This document shows, piece after piece, positions 40,457 to 52,403 of a stretch of DNA of 64,000 bases. This DNA comes from Nemertoderma westbladi (lineage: Eukaryota; Animalia; Xenacoelomorpha), in the NCBI GenBank assembly GCA_032718475.1, contig JAUCBJ010001977.1:62001-126000 (forward strand). The letters run 5' to 3'. The translations under genes and the position numbers were made by a program. The stretch's first letter is position 1. Each line of letters starts with the position of its first letter. The notes under the pieces are model-generated. The model searched no databases. It had not been told where the DNA came from and saw nothing but the letters and a program-made list of their open reading frames with translations.

Positions 40457-40592
40457 ACTTTCGCCGTGAGGACCAGCCAGTGTCCAACATTGTGCTTAGG
40501 CGTCGTCATGAAGAGTATAAGCTTGGTGGACAGCCCATGACTTTTTAAAACGCCTCTTAAAGGACAGTGTCCTTGAAGATGCACATAATCTA
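40457..40592 (+). mobile_element. Old degraded fragment of the same RTE family as 33397-34514
   Basis: ctttcgccgtgaggaccagccagtg...ggacagcccatgacttt...tcttaaaggaca aligns by eye with ~34259-34394, with substitutions. Confidence 0.85.
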
Positions 40593-40630
40593 ATCTATTT
40601 ACAAGTGATCTAAATAGGGTAACAACTTAC

Positions 40631-40867
40631 CTTTGTTTTAAGTTCCGGATGTATGAGTACATATCCATTCTTGCTGAACATGTAGGTGTACCCATTAGCT
40701 CCGAGCTTACCGAAGTCGAAGTTATTGGTAAACGTAGGTCCCAATGGGATATCGATAGACATAACACCCTTGAGTGGTGGTTCGTTGGGTTGGCTAGCCA
40801 CCCCAGCGGCCTCGTTCTTCATACGGCGGTAGACTGGTTTAGATACAGTTGTAACCAGTCCCAGACC
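40631..40867 (-). CDS. CACNA2D: alpha2delta exon, Cache domain (GLGLVTTVSKPVY...GVMSIDI...KLGANGYTYMFSKNGYVLIHPELKTK)
   Basis: Matches LGLVITGTLPVF...GVMGVDV...[22 protein letters not shown] of alpha2delta. Acceptor ttttaccttgctacaccacag, donor gtaagt; 237 nt, phase 0/0. Confidence 0.93.
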
Positions 40868-43271
40868 CTGTGGTGTAGCAAGGTAAAAGATGCATCAGTA
40901 ACCAGTCCCAGACCCTGTGGTGTAGCAAGGTAAGGATACATCGGTAACTAGTCCCAGATCCAGTGGTGTAACAAGCTAAACGATACATCGGTAACCAGTA
41001 CCAGACACTGTGGTGTATAGCAAGGTAAAAGATACATCGGTAACCAGTACCAGACACTGTGGTGTATAGCAAGGTAAAAGATACATCGGTAACCAGTCCC
41101 AGACCCTGTAGTGTAGCAAGGTAAAAGATACATCGGTAACCAGTCCCAGACCCTGCGGTGTAGCAAGGTAAAAGATACATCGGTAACTAGTCTCAGACCC
41201 AGTGGTGTAGCAAGCTAAACGATACATCGGTAACCAGTACCAGACCCTGTGGTGTAGCAAGGTAAAAGATACATCGGTAACCTGTCCCAGACCCTGCGGT
41301 GTACCAAGGTAAAAGATACATCGGTAACCAGTACCAGACCCTATGGTGTAGCAAGGTAAAAGATACATCGGTAACCAGTACCAGACCCTGTGGTGTAGCA
41401 AGGTAAAATATACATCGGTAACCAGTCCCAGACCCTGTGGAGTAGCATGGTAAAAGATACATCGGTAACCAGTACCAGACCCTGTGGTGTAGCAAGGTAA
41501 AAGATACATCGGTAACCAGTACCAGACCCTGTGGTATACCAAGGTAAAAGATACATCGGTAACCAGACCCAGATCCTGTGGTGTAGCAAGGTATAATATA
41601 CATCGGTAACCAGCCCCAGACCCTGTGGTGTAGCAAGGTAAAAGATACATCGGTAACCAGTCCCCACACAGTGGTGTATGTAGTAAGGTAAAAGATACAT
41701 CAGTAACCAGTCCCATACACAGTGGTGTAGCAAGGTGAAGGATACATCGGTAACCAGTCACAGACACAGTGGTGTAGCAAGGTAAGGATACATCGGTAAC
41801 CAGAAAAGATACATCGGTAACCAGGACCATACCCTGTGGTGTAGCAAGGTAAAAGATACATCGGTAACCAGTCCCAGATACAGTGGTATAGCAAGGTAAG
41901 GATACATTGGTAACCAGAAAAGATACATCGGTAACCAGTCACAGACACAGTGGTGTAGCAAGGAAAGGATACATCGGTAACCAGTTCCAGACCCTGTGGT
42001 GTAGCAAGGTAAGGATACATCGGTAACCAGAAAAGATACATCGGTAGCCAGTCCCAGATACAGTGGTGTAGCAAGGTAAGGATACATCGGTAACCAGAAA
42101 AGATACATCAGTAAGCAGTCACAGACACAGTGGTGTAGCAAGGTAAAAGATACATCGGTAACCAGTACCAGACCCTGTGGTGTACCGAGATAAAAGATAC
42201 ATCGGTAACCAGTCTCAGACCCTGTGGTGTAGCAAGGTAAAAGATACATCGGGAACCAGTCCCAGACCCTGCGGTGTACCAAGGTAAAAGATACATCGGT
42301 AACCAGTACCAGACCCTATGGTGTAGCAAGGTAAAAGATACATCGGTAACCAGTCCCAGATCCTGTGGTGTAGCAAGGTAAAAGATACATCGGTAACCAG
42401 TACCAGACCCTATGGTGTAGCAAGGTAAAAGATACATCGGTAACCAGTCCCAGATCCTGTGGTGTAGCAAGGTAAAAGATACATCGGTAACCAGTCCCAG
42501 ATCCTGTGATGTAGCAAGGTAAAAGATACATCGGTAACCAGTACCAGACCGTGTGGTGTAGCAAGGTAAGGATACATCGGTAACCAGTCCCAGATCCTGT
42601 GATGTAGCAAGGTAAAAGATACATCGGTAACCAGTACCAGACCGTGTGGTGTAGCAAGGTAAGGATACATCGGTAACCAGAAAAGATACATCGGTAACCA
42701 GTCCCAGATACAGTGGTGTAGCAAGGTAAGGATACATCGGTAACCAGTACCAGACCCTGTGGTGTACCGAGATAAAAGATACATCGGTAACCAGTCCCAG
42801 ATCCTGTGGTGTAGCAAGGTAAAAGATACATCGGTAACCAGTACCAGACCCTGTGGTGTACCGAGATAAAAGATACATCGGTAACCAGTCTCAGACCCTG
42901 TGGTGTAGCAAGGTAAAAGATACATCGGGAACCAGTCCCAGACCCTGCGGTGTACCAAGGTAAAAGATACATCGGTAACCAGTACCAGACCCTGTGGTGT
43001 ACCGAGATAAAAGATACATCGGTAACCAGTCTCAGACCCTGTGGTGTAGCAAGGTAAAAGATACATCGGGAACCAGTCCCAGACCCTGCGGTGTACCAAG
43101 GTAAAAGATACATCGGTAACCAGTACCAGACCCTATGGTGTAGCAAGGTAAAAGATAGATCGGTAACCAGTCCCAGATCCTGTGGTGTAGCAAGGTAAAA
43201 GATACATCGGTAACCAGTACCAGACCCTGTGGTGTACCGAGATAAAAGATACATCGGGAACCAGTCTCAGA
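40841..43271. repeat. Minisatellite, 47-bp unit aaccagtcccagaccctgtggtgtagcaaggtaaaagatacatcggt, overlapping the exon acceptor
   Basis: About 50 copies filling almost the whole intron 40868-43345; first unit overlaps exon 40631-40867. Confidence 0.95.
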
Positions 43272-43345
43272 CGCACACGATATTTTTCAGCAATACAATT
43301 GTACGTTTTATGCAATATATTTCACAGCGACAACTTTTTACTCAC

Positions 43346-43432
43346 CATTAAGTCGACATAAACGTCGGAGAAATGGATATCCGAGTAAGTTCCGGGCGGT
43401 GGGGGATTCAAAGCCGCAGGACGACTTAGAAC
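43346..43432 (-). CDS. CACNA2D: alpha2delta exon (VLSRPAALNPPPPGTYSDIHFSDVYVDLM)
   Basis: Matches VLGRPMVL...VQWTNVYLDAL. Acceptor aatattttag, donor gtgagt; 87 nt, phase 0/0. Confidence 0.92.
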
Positions 43433-45938
43433 CTAAAATATTAACAGATTATATTGACTTACAGAGAAAGGAATCACTTTACAGGTAATTAGAACCTACA
43501 ATATTAACCGATTATATTGACTTACAGAGAAAGGAATCACTTTACATGTAATTAGAACCTAAAATATTAACCGATTATATTGACTTACAGAGAAAGGAAT
43601 CACTTTACATGTAATTAGAACCTAAAATATTAACAGATTACATTGACTTACAGAGAAAGGAATCACTTTACAGGTAATTAGAACCTAAAATATTAACCGA
43701 TTATATTGACTTACAGAGAAAGGAATCACTTTACAGGTAATTAGAACCTAAAATATTAACCGATTATATTGACTTACAGAGAAAGGAATCACTTTACAGG
43801 TAATTAGAACCTAAAATATTAACCGATTATATTGACTTACAGAGAAAGGAATCACTTTACAGGTAATTAGAACCTAAAATATTAACCGATTATATTGACT
43901 TACATAGAAAGGAATCACTTTACAGGTAATTAGAACCTAAAATATTAACCGATTATATTGACTTACAGAGAAAGGAATCACTTTACAGGTAATTAGAACC
44001 TAAAATATTAACAGATTATATTGACTTACAGAGAAAGGAATCACTTTACAAGTAATTAGAACCTAAAATATTAACCGATTATATTGACTTACAGAGAAAG
44101 GAATCACTTTACAGGTAATTAGAACCTAAAATATTAACCGATTATATTGACTTACAGAGAAAGGAATCACTTTACAGGTAATTAGAACCTAAAATATTAA
44201 CCGATTATATTGACTTACAGAGAAAGGAATCACTTTACAGGTAATTAGAACCTAAAATATTAACCGATTATATTGACTTACAGAGAAAGGAATCACTTTA
44301 CAGGTAATTAGAACCTAAAATATTAACCGATTATATTGACTTACAGAGAAAGGAATCACTTTACAAGTAATTAGAACCTAAAATATTAACCGATTATATT
44401 GACTTACAGAGAAAGGAATCACTCTACAGGTAATTAGAACCTAAAATATTAACCGATTATATTGACTTACAGAGAAAGGAATCACTTTACAGGTAATTAG
44501 AACCTAAAATATTAACAGATTATATTGACTTACAGAGAAAGGAATCACTCTACAGGTAATTAGAACCTAAAATATTAACCGATTATATTGACTTACAGAG
44601 AAAGGAATCACTTTACAGGTAATTAGAACCTAAAATATTAACCGATTATATTGACTTACAGAGAAAGGAATCACTTTACAAGTAATTAGAACCTAAAATA
44701 TTAACCGATTATATTGACTTACAGAGAAAGGAATCACTCTACAGGTAATTAGAACCTAAAATATTAACCGATTATATTGACTTACAGAGAAAGGAATCAC
44801 TTTACAGGTAATTAGAACCTAAAATATTAACCGATTATATTGACTTACAGAGAAAACAGGTAATTAGAACCTAAAATATTAACCGATTATATTGACTTAC
44901 AGAGAAAGGAATCACTTTACAGGTAATTATAACCTAAAATATTAACCGATTATATTGACTTACAGAGAAAGGAATCACTTTACAGGTAATTATAACCTAA
45001 AATATTAACCGATTATATTGACTTACAGAGAAAGGAATCACTTTACAGGTAATTAGAACCTAAAATCTGGGATTCACACTTCAAGAACGCAGAAGTAGTA
45101 GATATCCGGCAACTACAGTCACAGACACCGACTTTGCGGATGACATCGCCCTGCTCTCTAATACGCTAGCAGATGCACAGCTTCTACTAAATAAAGTGGA
45201 GAGGGCTGCTAAGGAGGTTGGATTGCATATAAATGCTACCAAGACCGAATTCATGACCTTTAATGTTGATGGAAACTTGATAACCATTGATAATAATCAA
45301 CTAAGGAAGGTCGATAACTTCCAGTACCTTGGATCATGGATAGAGAGTAGCAAAAAGGACATAGAAGTTAGGAAAGCAAAGGCTTGGGTAGCTCTATCAA
45401 AAATGGATACCATCTGGAAATCAGATCTCTCCAGGCACCTGAAGACTAAGTTCTTTCGAGCCACAGTGGAAAGTGTATTTTTATACGGGGGTGAGACCTG
45501 GACACCTACTAAAGCACTTGAACAACGAATTGATGGTTGCTACACAAGACTACTAAGGGCAGCAGCCCTAAACATCAGCTGGAGACAACACATGACAAAC
45601 GCCGAGCTTTATGGTACAATACCACCTGTATCAACCACCCTCCGTGAACGCAGATTAAGATTCAGTGGGCACTGCTGGCGAAGTAAAGACGAGGTCATAC
45701 CAGATCTACTTCTCTGGCAACCAACTCATGGAAAGCGTAGTCGTGGACGACCGGCCATAACATATATAGATCAACTTGAAAGGGATACTGAACTTGGGAG
45801 AAACGAAATTGCGACAACTATGGAGAATCGGGAAGCCTGGAAGGATCTCATTTCCACTGTCCGAGTTCGCTCGACCTAGTAGTAGTAGTAGAACCTAAAA
45901 TATTAACCGATTATATTGAGGTATATAAAGGAATCACT
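43426..45938. repeat. Minisatellite, 63-bp unit tagaacctaaaatattaaccgattatattgacttacagagaaaggaatcactttacaggtaat, with an RTE inserted in the last unit
   Basis: About 26 copies 43426-45066 plus a final diverged unit 45889-45938; first unit overlaps the acceptor of exon 43346-43432. Confidence 0.95.
45067..45888 (+). mobile_element. 5'-truncated RTE-clade retrotransposon (second family), (TAG)n tail, 13-bp TSD
   Basis: Open frame 45067-45879: TDTDFADD...FQYLGS...FLYGGETW...RLRFSGHCWR...RSRGRP. Stop codon is the first TAG of the tail; TSD tagaacctaaaat at 45054-45066 and 45889-45901. Confidence 0.93.
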
Positions 45939-46285
45939 CCCCCCCCCCCCCCCCCCCCCCTTCCCACGAATAAAATTCATAATTTATATGATGTGGAGTG
46001 TCTATTTTTATCCGGAAGAGGTCATACAAAGTCAGTGGTAAAAAATTCAGAAAAACATTTACGTAGAAATCGCCCAAATCACGCCCACCTTAATAAATTC
46101 ACCCAACCGCACCTTTCACTGACTGTTACCTATTACTGTTACTGTTACTATGGTTACCTATTACTGGCCCGGGGAACTCTAGTTTTAAATGTTTTCTGAA
46201 ATGTTTACCTTATAATACTTCTGGATATTTTGTTTAAACAGCTGTGGGTCAGTAGCTGTAGGTCAGTTTAAACAGCTCTAACGCG

Positions 46286-46441
46286 GTGTGGTGTGGGTCA
46301 GTAGCACTGTTATATTGTGTTCAGCCAACGTTGGGGAGTGTGGTGTGGGTCAGTAGCACTGTTATATTGTGTTCAGCCAACGTTGGGGAGTGTGGTGTGG
46401 GTCAGTAGCACTGTTATATTGTGTTCAGCCAACGTTGGGGA
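46286..46441. repeat. Three tandem copies of a 52-bp unit
   Basis: gtgtggtgtgggtcagtagcactgttatattgtgttcagccaacgttgggga x3. Confidence 0.9.
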
Positions 46442-48545
46442 GACCAAAGAAGAACACAAATTAAAATTTGAAAGTTTTCGTCTCCCTCTAGCGGCGGGGG
46501 CGGAATTAAATATTTCACTAAAAACATTTAATATTTATCTAAATATTTTGATACCACTTTTTTGGACTTTTTTGGCATATTCGAATCTACAAAAACACTC
46601 TACTGCCGATTTTTTAAATTTTCAGATTTTTAATTAGAATAATTTTAATTTATTAAAATTCACAATAATGTTTGAACAAAATTTTTGATAAAATGTGCTG
46701 GAGGGTTTCTCAAGATCTTCAAAAAACATTTAAACGAGCCATAAATTATCGGATTTGTGTGAAAAATGGCGGAGTAGTATTTTGAAAAATTAAAAAAAAA
46801 ACGAAAAATGAAATTGTGAGATAATTTGCTTTAAGTCTTAATAACAACTAATATATCTTCTGTCTGGTCTGTTAAATTTTCCAGAAATTTCAAATTTTTT
46901 GAAAAGTTTTTTTTCTATTTCATCTATAGCAGATTTTTATCAAGATTCCAAATATGAAAACCGTTTAGCAAGATCTGTCTTACTTCTCGAGATATGGCTG
47001 TCTGTCCGTTTTACTGTCGGTCTGTCCGTTAGTACAGTATGTCTCCAAAACAATAGAAAACATACTGTTTAAAAATTTTCCTATATGGGTTTTGTTGCTG
47101 CTGAGGTGGCCCTTGCGCTTTTAGTATACTTACTTTGCTTAATTTAGATTTAAAACGTACATTTTATTTTTTGTTAATTAATTTACAAAACTGATTTATT
47201 CACTAACATTTATGTGAAAGATTATCCTTTTCTATTTTATTGAGGCGCCCCCTAACGTCGCTATAGCCATATTTGTTCCGTTGTTGTAAAATGCCTCCTT
47301 ATGCCTCATGGTGATGCTATTGGCTGCTCCAATCCGGCTTAACTCGTGACTAGACCTGTACCAGATTATATTCATTTACACCCCCGTCGGTTTTAATTGA
47401 CCGGAAATTTTTACAATATCTAAATATCTAATATTCTAATCTAATATTCATTTAATATTCCATTTAAAATCAATTTATCATTCGTAATTGTTAAATTTAT
47501 GATACCTAAATATTCACTTATGATATAAATCTAATTGTTCACTTTATATAGTTATTTGCTGAAGTTAGTATTAATATAATATCGCGGATAAGAAAATACA
47601 CTTTATTTGACACCCAAACCAGGTAGGTCTCTATAATTGAACATTGTTGAGAATTTGGACAATCGTGTTAGATTTGTGTGTGCCGGCTTACATCCTAATC
47701 CATCAAATAATTACCGTATGCCGATATTTCCAATTAATAACACGAGTGAAAGCTTTAATATCGATAGTATCATGATTGAGCATTTTCACAGATTGAATAT
47801 TATAAGGTAAAAATACGATTACTCTAAAGGGAAACACATTTCCAGTCTATAAGCCCTTACGTGAATAATTAGACATTATTTTACTTAATTATTGTGCCGC
47901 CTCATTCTCGCGGGACTGTTTACTCTAGTGAATATAAATGATAATTTGTCGTCAGGAAACAAACAGATTAGTGAGCGAATCAGGGCGCCACCGGGACAGA
48001 GGGGATATAAAGGACATTACAATTGTGGATACAACCATTTTTGATCAAATGCGCTAACAGGTTTTCTTGGTCCGTGACTTCCTTTCTGATGTCAGTATAC
48101 AAATTTGGTCTCGTCTTTTCTGTCTGTATGCCTGTCCGTCAAAATATAACCGCAAGCCTGACAGCCAAACAGGAAGTCATCAAATGTTGAAACTGATACT
48201 CGAAATGAATTTTGCGACCAGGAAAATCGAAAATCCCTCGATAACTAAACTTTTAGCATGGTTTTGTGGTTTCGTGTAGCTATGGCCCTAATATTGACAG
48301 ACATTCATACATATTAACAGACAATTTTTGCGCGGGAAGGTTCAAACTTTATTGTTAAATCACTACTCCTCCGCCATTTTTCAACCAATCTGTAAGTATT
48401 TGGTATCAAATGAAAGCTACTGTACTACGTGTCCGCAATATTAAAATTCGAGGTATTTTTATATTTGTAATTGTTCATCGGTTATAACAGTTTTTACGAA
48501 CAAAAGTAATGGTGACATATAAAAATAAATTATATTTATATAATT

Positions 48546-50755
48546 GGGTCAATAAGCTTAAAAGTGGCCAATGGTTTGTCCGGAAGTTACGATATAATTT
48601 TAAATGCTTTAATTTATTCGTATATATTAAAGTTATATATTATTTTGTAGCTAATTTATTTGCGCAGCTTACGCACAAAAAATTATGAAAATCTGTTAAG
48701 GCAGTCAAAAGATATGCCCCATCAAAGACTGAAATATCGTTAAAATCAGTTGTCCCTTACATGACAAGACCACAAACAACTGTAAATTTTATCACTCCAA
48801 GTGGCAAATATATAGAAAACCTATATATTGTTGGGAAGCTTAGATGTTTTGCTTTCTTTTCCGATATATTTCAGGCCATAATATTCATGTTGAACCATTT
48901 GAGATCGATACATAAAATGGGCATGGATTGATTTTTCCATTTTTGTGTCACATCTGTAACATTTACGTCTAGAATCTGAAGTAGTAACTGTAGGTTTACA
49001 GTTTTGATATATTTAGAATCTACAGGGTTTCTAACATATATAGGCCAAATATCACATACAAAGGGTAAGGTAATCTCATTTGGGAAGCATTTATGTTTAA
49101 CAAAGTCAATATAGAAAGCATAAACGTCCATATCTGTAACGCTACAAATGTGGCCATAGATTTTGATAATATTAATCTCATACAAGTATAATGGTACGTG
49201 TGGAAAGGCAATTTGAATTCATGCCGCATCAACCCCAAGAGTTAATGTGATAAATAAACACCTATGATGTATGGCGGTGGTAAGCGTTTTTGTCAACCAT
49301 CTGTAACGCGTCACCGTTACAGTGCAGTGCATTACAGATAAGGGATGTCTCATCTGTAACGCATTATATAACCAGTTATCGATGCGTTACAGACTGTAGG
49401 TTTTCAGTCATATCTATATGACAGTCCTATCTGTAACGGAGTGTCACCCTGAAATACAATAAGGCATCACTGACAATATTTGAATGCCTACGCGTTTGAT
49501 ACGTTCTTCGTCTTCCTACTGACATCCTAACTGCTCATGGTAATGTGGTAGTGTAAGATGGGTAAGTGTAAAACGCGAATCCGGATCGGTACCCGGATTT
49601 TGAGGTTAAAACGCTGATCCGGATTTTCATGTAATCTGGAAATGAGTGCAAAATGCGAATTCAAGCTAATTTTCATTGTCCAATTGTTTCAATGTCAAGT
49701 GTTACTGGATCCCGTAAGGGGAGTAAAACACGGATTCATGTTTATCTCTATCCGGGAAGAGGTGATTGTGGATTCTGGGGAGTAAAGCGCAGATTCACTT
49801 CACATATGAAATTGTATAAATCCAGAGCTTCTGGGTCCGTGGTAAATAATTTAGGAATTAATTGCAAATATATACAATCTCTATCCTATTCATTTTATGT
49901 ATTAATAAAATGTGCTTTCTAAAAAATTTCGCTTTATTTCGTTTAGAATTGTAGAAGATACATTTCCTACAAACAGTGTTTTTTTTAACAAACAATTTAT
50001 TGTACAGACGGTCCTTTGCCCAATGTTTTGTTATTCGTTGTTCATCAATAGGCACCCTGCATAGGCGCGTAATTTATTACGACAATACTGATAGCAAAGG
50101 ATCCATCCATTATTGCCAGCTCTCGCTGGCAAGCTTGTATATTATACTACTACTATTTTTTTTTATACGACACTATTACACTCAATAAGTGGTAGTTGTG
50201 CTACTCAACCTGGGATTTCATAAACATAACAGATTGTGATCATAATAGATCATAACAGAAGCGGCGAAACGGGATAAAAAAAATCGTGTAAAACAAGATT
50301 ATCGGTTACACAGAAAAATGTTAATGAAAAACTTTTTCTATTTATTGGAAATCATGTGTATTAAGTACATATAATTTAGTGGATGCGATGGTTATGGGCA
50401 GATATCGCTGTTTGTTACAGATGTTTGTTCAGTAAATTACCTTATTGTCGAAGCAATAAGTTATAAATACTGCAAAATCCATAACATAATTACCGTTACA
50501 GATGGCCGTTACAGAGGTTTGTCCCATAAATGTCATCACTGTAATGCGTTACAGTGGTAGACAAAAACGTTACAGATATGACATTAGTTTTTGCCATATA
50601 TCTCCCGTTGAGCAGCGCGTCATGCTCTCCCTCTACCATCACAAGATTTGCCATGAAATTATCTTTCGAATGGTGTATGGTATGGCACTAATTTCCGACA
50701 CAAATTTTTCGGTCAATTTGTACCCCTTTTTGGCCACTTTTAAGCTTATTGACCC
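48546..50755. mobile_element. Non-autonomous DNA transposon, 26-bp TIR gggtcaataagcttaaaagtggccaa, AATT TSD (Sola-like)
   Basis: aatt|gggtcaataagcttaaaagtggccaa ... ttggccacttttaagcttattgaccc|aatt; no transposase ORF; internal clusters of ctgtaac/gttacag suggest a nested element. Confidence 0.8.
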
Positions 50756-50767
50756 AATTATGTATAC

Positions 50768-50887
50768 CTTGTAGTAATCAAGCGTGTGAAGACGTATTGA
50801 CTCAATGGACGGTATTTTGGTAAAGTAACCACTGTTATTGCAGGCCATCCATCGTAACCCTTCCTCTGCTTCTCGGGTTGATCCAAC
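50768..50887 (-). CDS. CACNA2D: alpha2delta exon, end of VWA domain (VGSTREAEEGLRWMACNNSGYFTKIPSIESIRLHTLDYYK)
   Basis: Matches [40 protein letters not shown]. Acceptor ttatgttctag, donor gtatac; 120 nt, phase 0/0. Confidence 0.95.
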
Positions 50888-51371
50888 CTAGAACATAAAT
50901 ATTCTTAAATAATTACATTTTCATAAAATAATTATGATTGGATAAGATGATGCGTTGGAGGTGACCACACAGGGGCGGAACCAGGAATTTAATTTCTATG
51001 GTGCGCACAATTTGTGAACTTTATTTTTTGGTCTGAGAGCGCTGCACCAGCGGTGTCCTGGGGACAGAGCCCCTGTTGCCGTGGTGGGGGTAAATGGGAC
51101 GGGACTGCCACCCCGGATTTTTATTTAGATTTTAATATGAAAATTTTCATGCAAAAATAATAAAATGTTTAATCGATTATCTGAGATTTTCTATTGATTA
51201 TGGATGATTTTCGATAACTAAAAATAATTTTTTTTTTAAATATTTATTTTTCTCATTGAACATTTAAAGGATTAGCAGTTATTAATTCTACGAGATGAAA
51301 TAATCATAATTTATTTAAATCATAGGCCTATATATTAAATAATAATTAGTAACTAATTACTATAACTAATA

Positions 51372-51575
51372 CGCAGCTTGGTCTAGTGGTGACATGGGCT
51401 TCCATTCGGGAGGCCCTGGTTCGATCCCTAGATGGGGGCAGCACTGTTTGGGCACAGCAGCACAGTGCTTTAAATGCTGCAGCCTAGCCCAACCCGGGCT
51501 TTCATCCTTGGATGGTCGGTAAATGGGAACCAAGGCAACTTGGGAAATATAGTGGAAGCGTTTATGTGGAAGAGC
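51372..51575 (+). mobile_element. tRNA-derived SINE with a Deu/Nin-like central domain
   Basis: A box tggtctagtgg, B box ggttcgatccc; downstream caacccgggctttcatccttggatggtcggtaaatgggaacca resembles the conserved Deu/Nin SINE core (recalled, not searched). Confidence 0.7.
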
Positions 51576-51576
51576 T

Positions 51577-52336
51577 TACTATGGAAGATCACCCATGATA
51601 GTGGTGAACAGGCATTCCTTTAGGAAACGGAGTGGAAGGGTTTACTGTGGAAGATTACCCATGGTGGTGAACAGGCATTCCTTTAGGAAACAGAGTGGAA
51701 GGGTTTACTGTGGAAGATCACCCATGGTGGTGAACAGGCATTCCTTTAGGAAACAGAGTGTAAGGGTTTACTATGGAAGATTACCCGGTGGTGAACAGGC
51801 ATTCCTTTAGGAAACAGAGTGGAAGGGTTTACTTGGTAGCTCACCCATGGTGGTGAACAGGCATTCCTTTAGGAAACGGAGTGTAATGGTTTACTGTGGA
51901 AGATATCCCATGGTGGTGAACAGGCATTCCTTTAGGAAACGGAGTGTAAGGGTTTACTGTGGTAGCTCACCCATGGTGGTGAACAGGCATTCCTTTAGGG
52001 AACGGAGTGTAAGGGTTTACTGTGGAAGATCACCCATGGTGGTGAACAGGCATTCCTTTAGGAAACGGAGTGTAAAGGTTTACTGTGGTAGCTCATCCAT
52101 GGTGGTGAACAGGCATTCCTTTAGGAAACGGAGTGTAAGGGTTTACTGTGGTAGATCACCCATGGTGGTGAACAGGCATTCCTTTAGGAAACGGAGTGTA
52201 AGGGTTTACTGTGGAAGATCACCCATGGTGGTGAACAGGCATTCCTTTAGGAAACAGAGTGTAAGGGTTTACTGTGGATGATCACCCATGGTGGTGAACA
52301 GGCATTCCTTTAGGAAACGGAGTGTAAGGGTTTACT
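51577..52336. repeat. Minisatellite, 63-bp unit ccatggtggtgaacaggcattcctttaggaaacggagtgtaagggtttactgtggaagatcac
   Basis: About 12 tandem copies directly following the SINE. Confidence 0.95.
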
Positions 52337-52403
52337 TTTAATCGAAGGTCTTGCCCTGACCTCCGCCGGATCCCTGATCCCAGGTAGTAGAAATCATCCA
52401 CAT
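52336..52403 (-). mobile_element. Short degraded RTE fragment
   Basis: Minus strand reads NVDDFYYLGSGIRRRSGQDLRLK, versus HVDDFCYLGSWIRKSGEDLRIR at ~33879-33945. Confidence 0.75.

Noticed and set aside
40839-43315. Long minus-strand ORFs in all three frames
   Set aside because: Translation of the 47-bp array; only the terminal unit belongs to a supported exon.
45939-45960. 22-nt poly-C run as a regulatory G-quadruplex
   Set aside because: Simple homopolymer at the array edge with no supporting context; its length is also prone to sequencing error.
51372-51440. tRNA gene
   Set aside because: A and B boxes are present but I could not fold a full cloverleaf; it continues into a SINE-like core.
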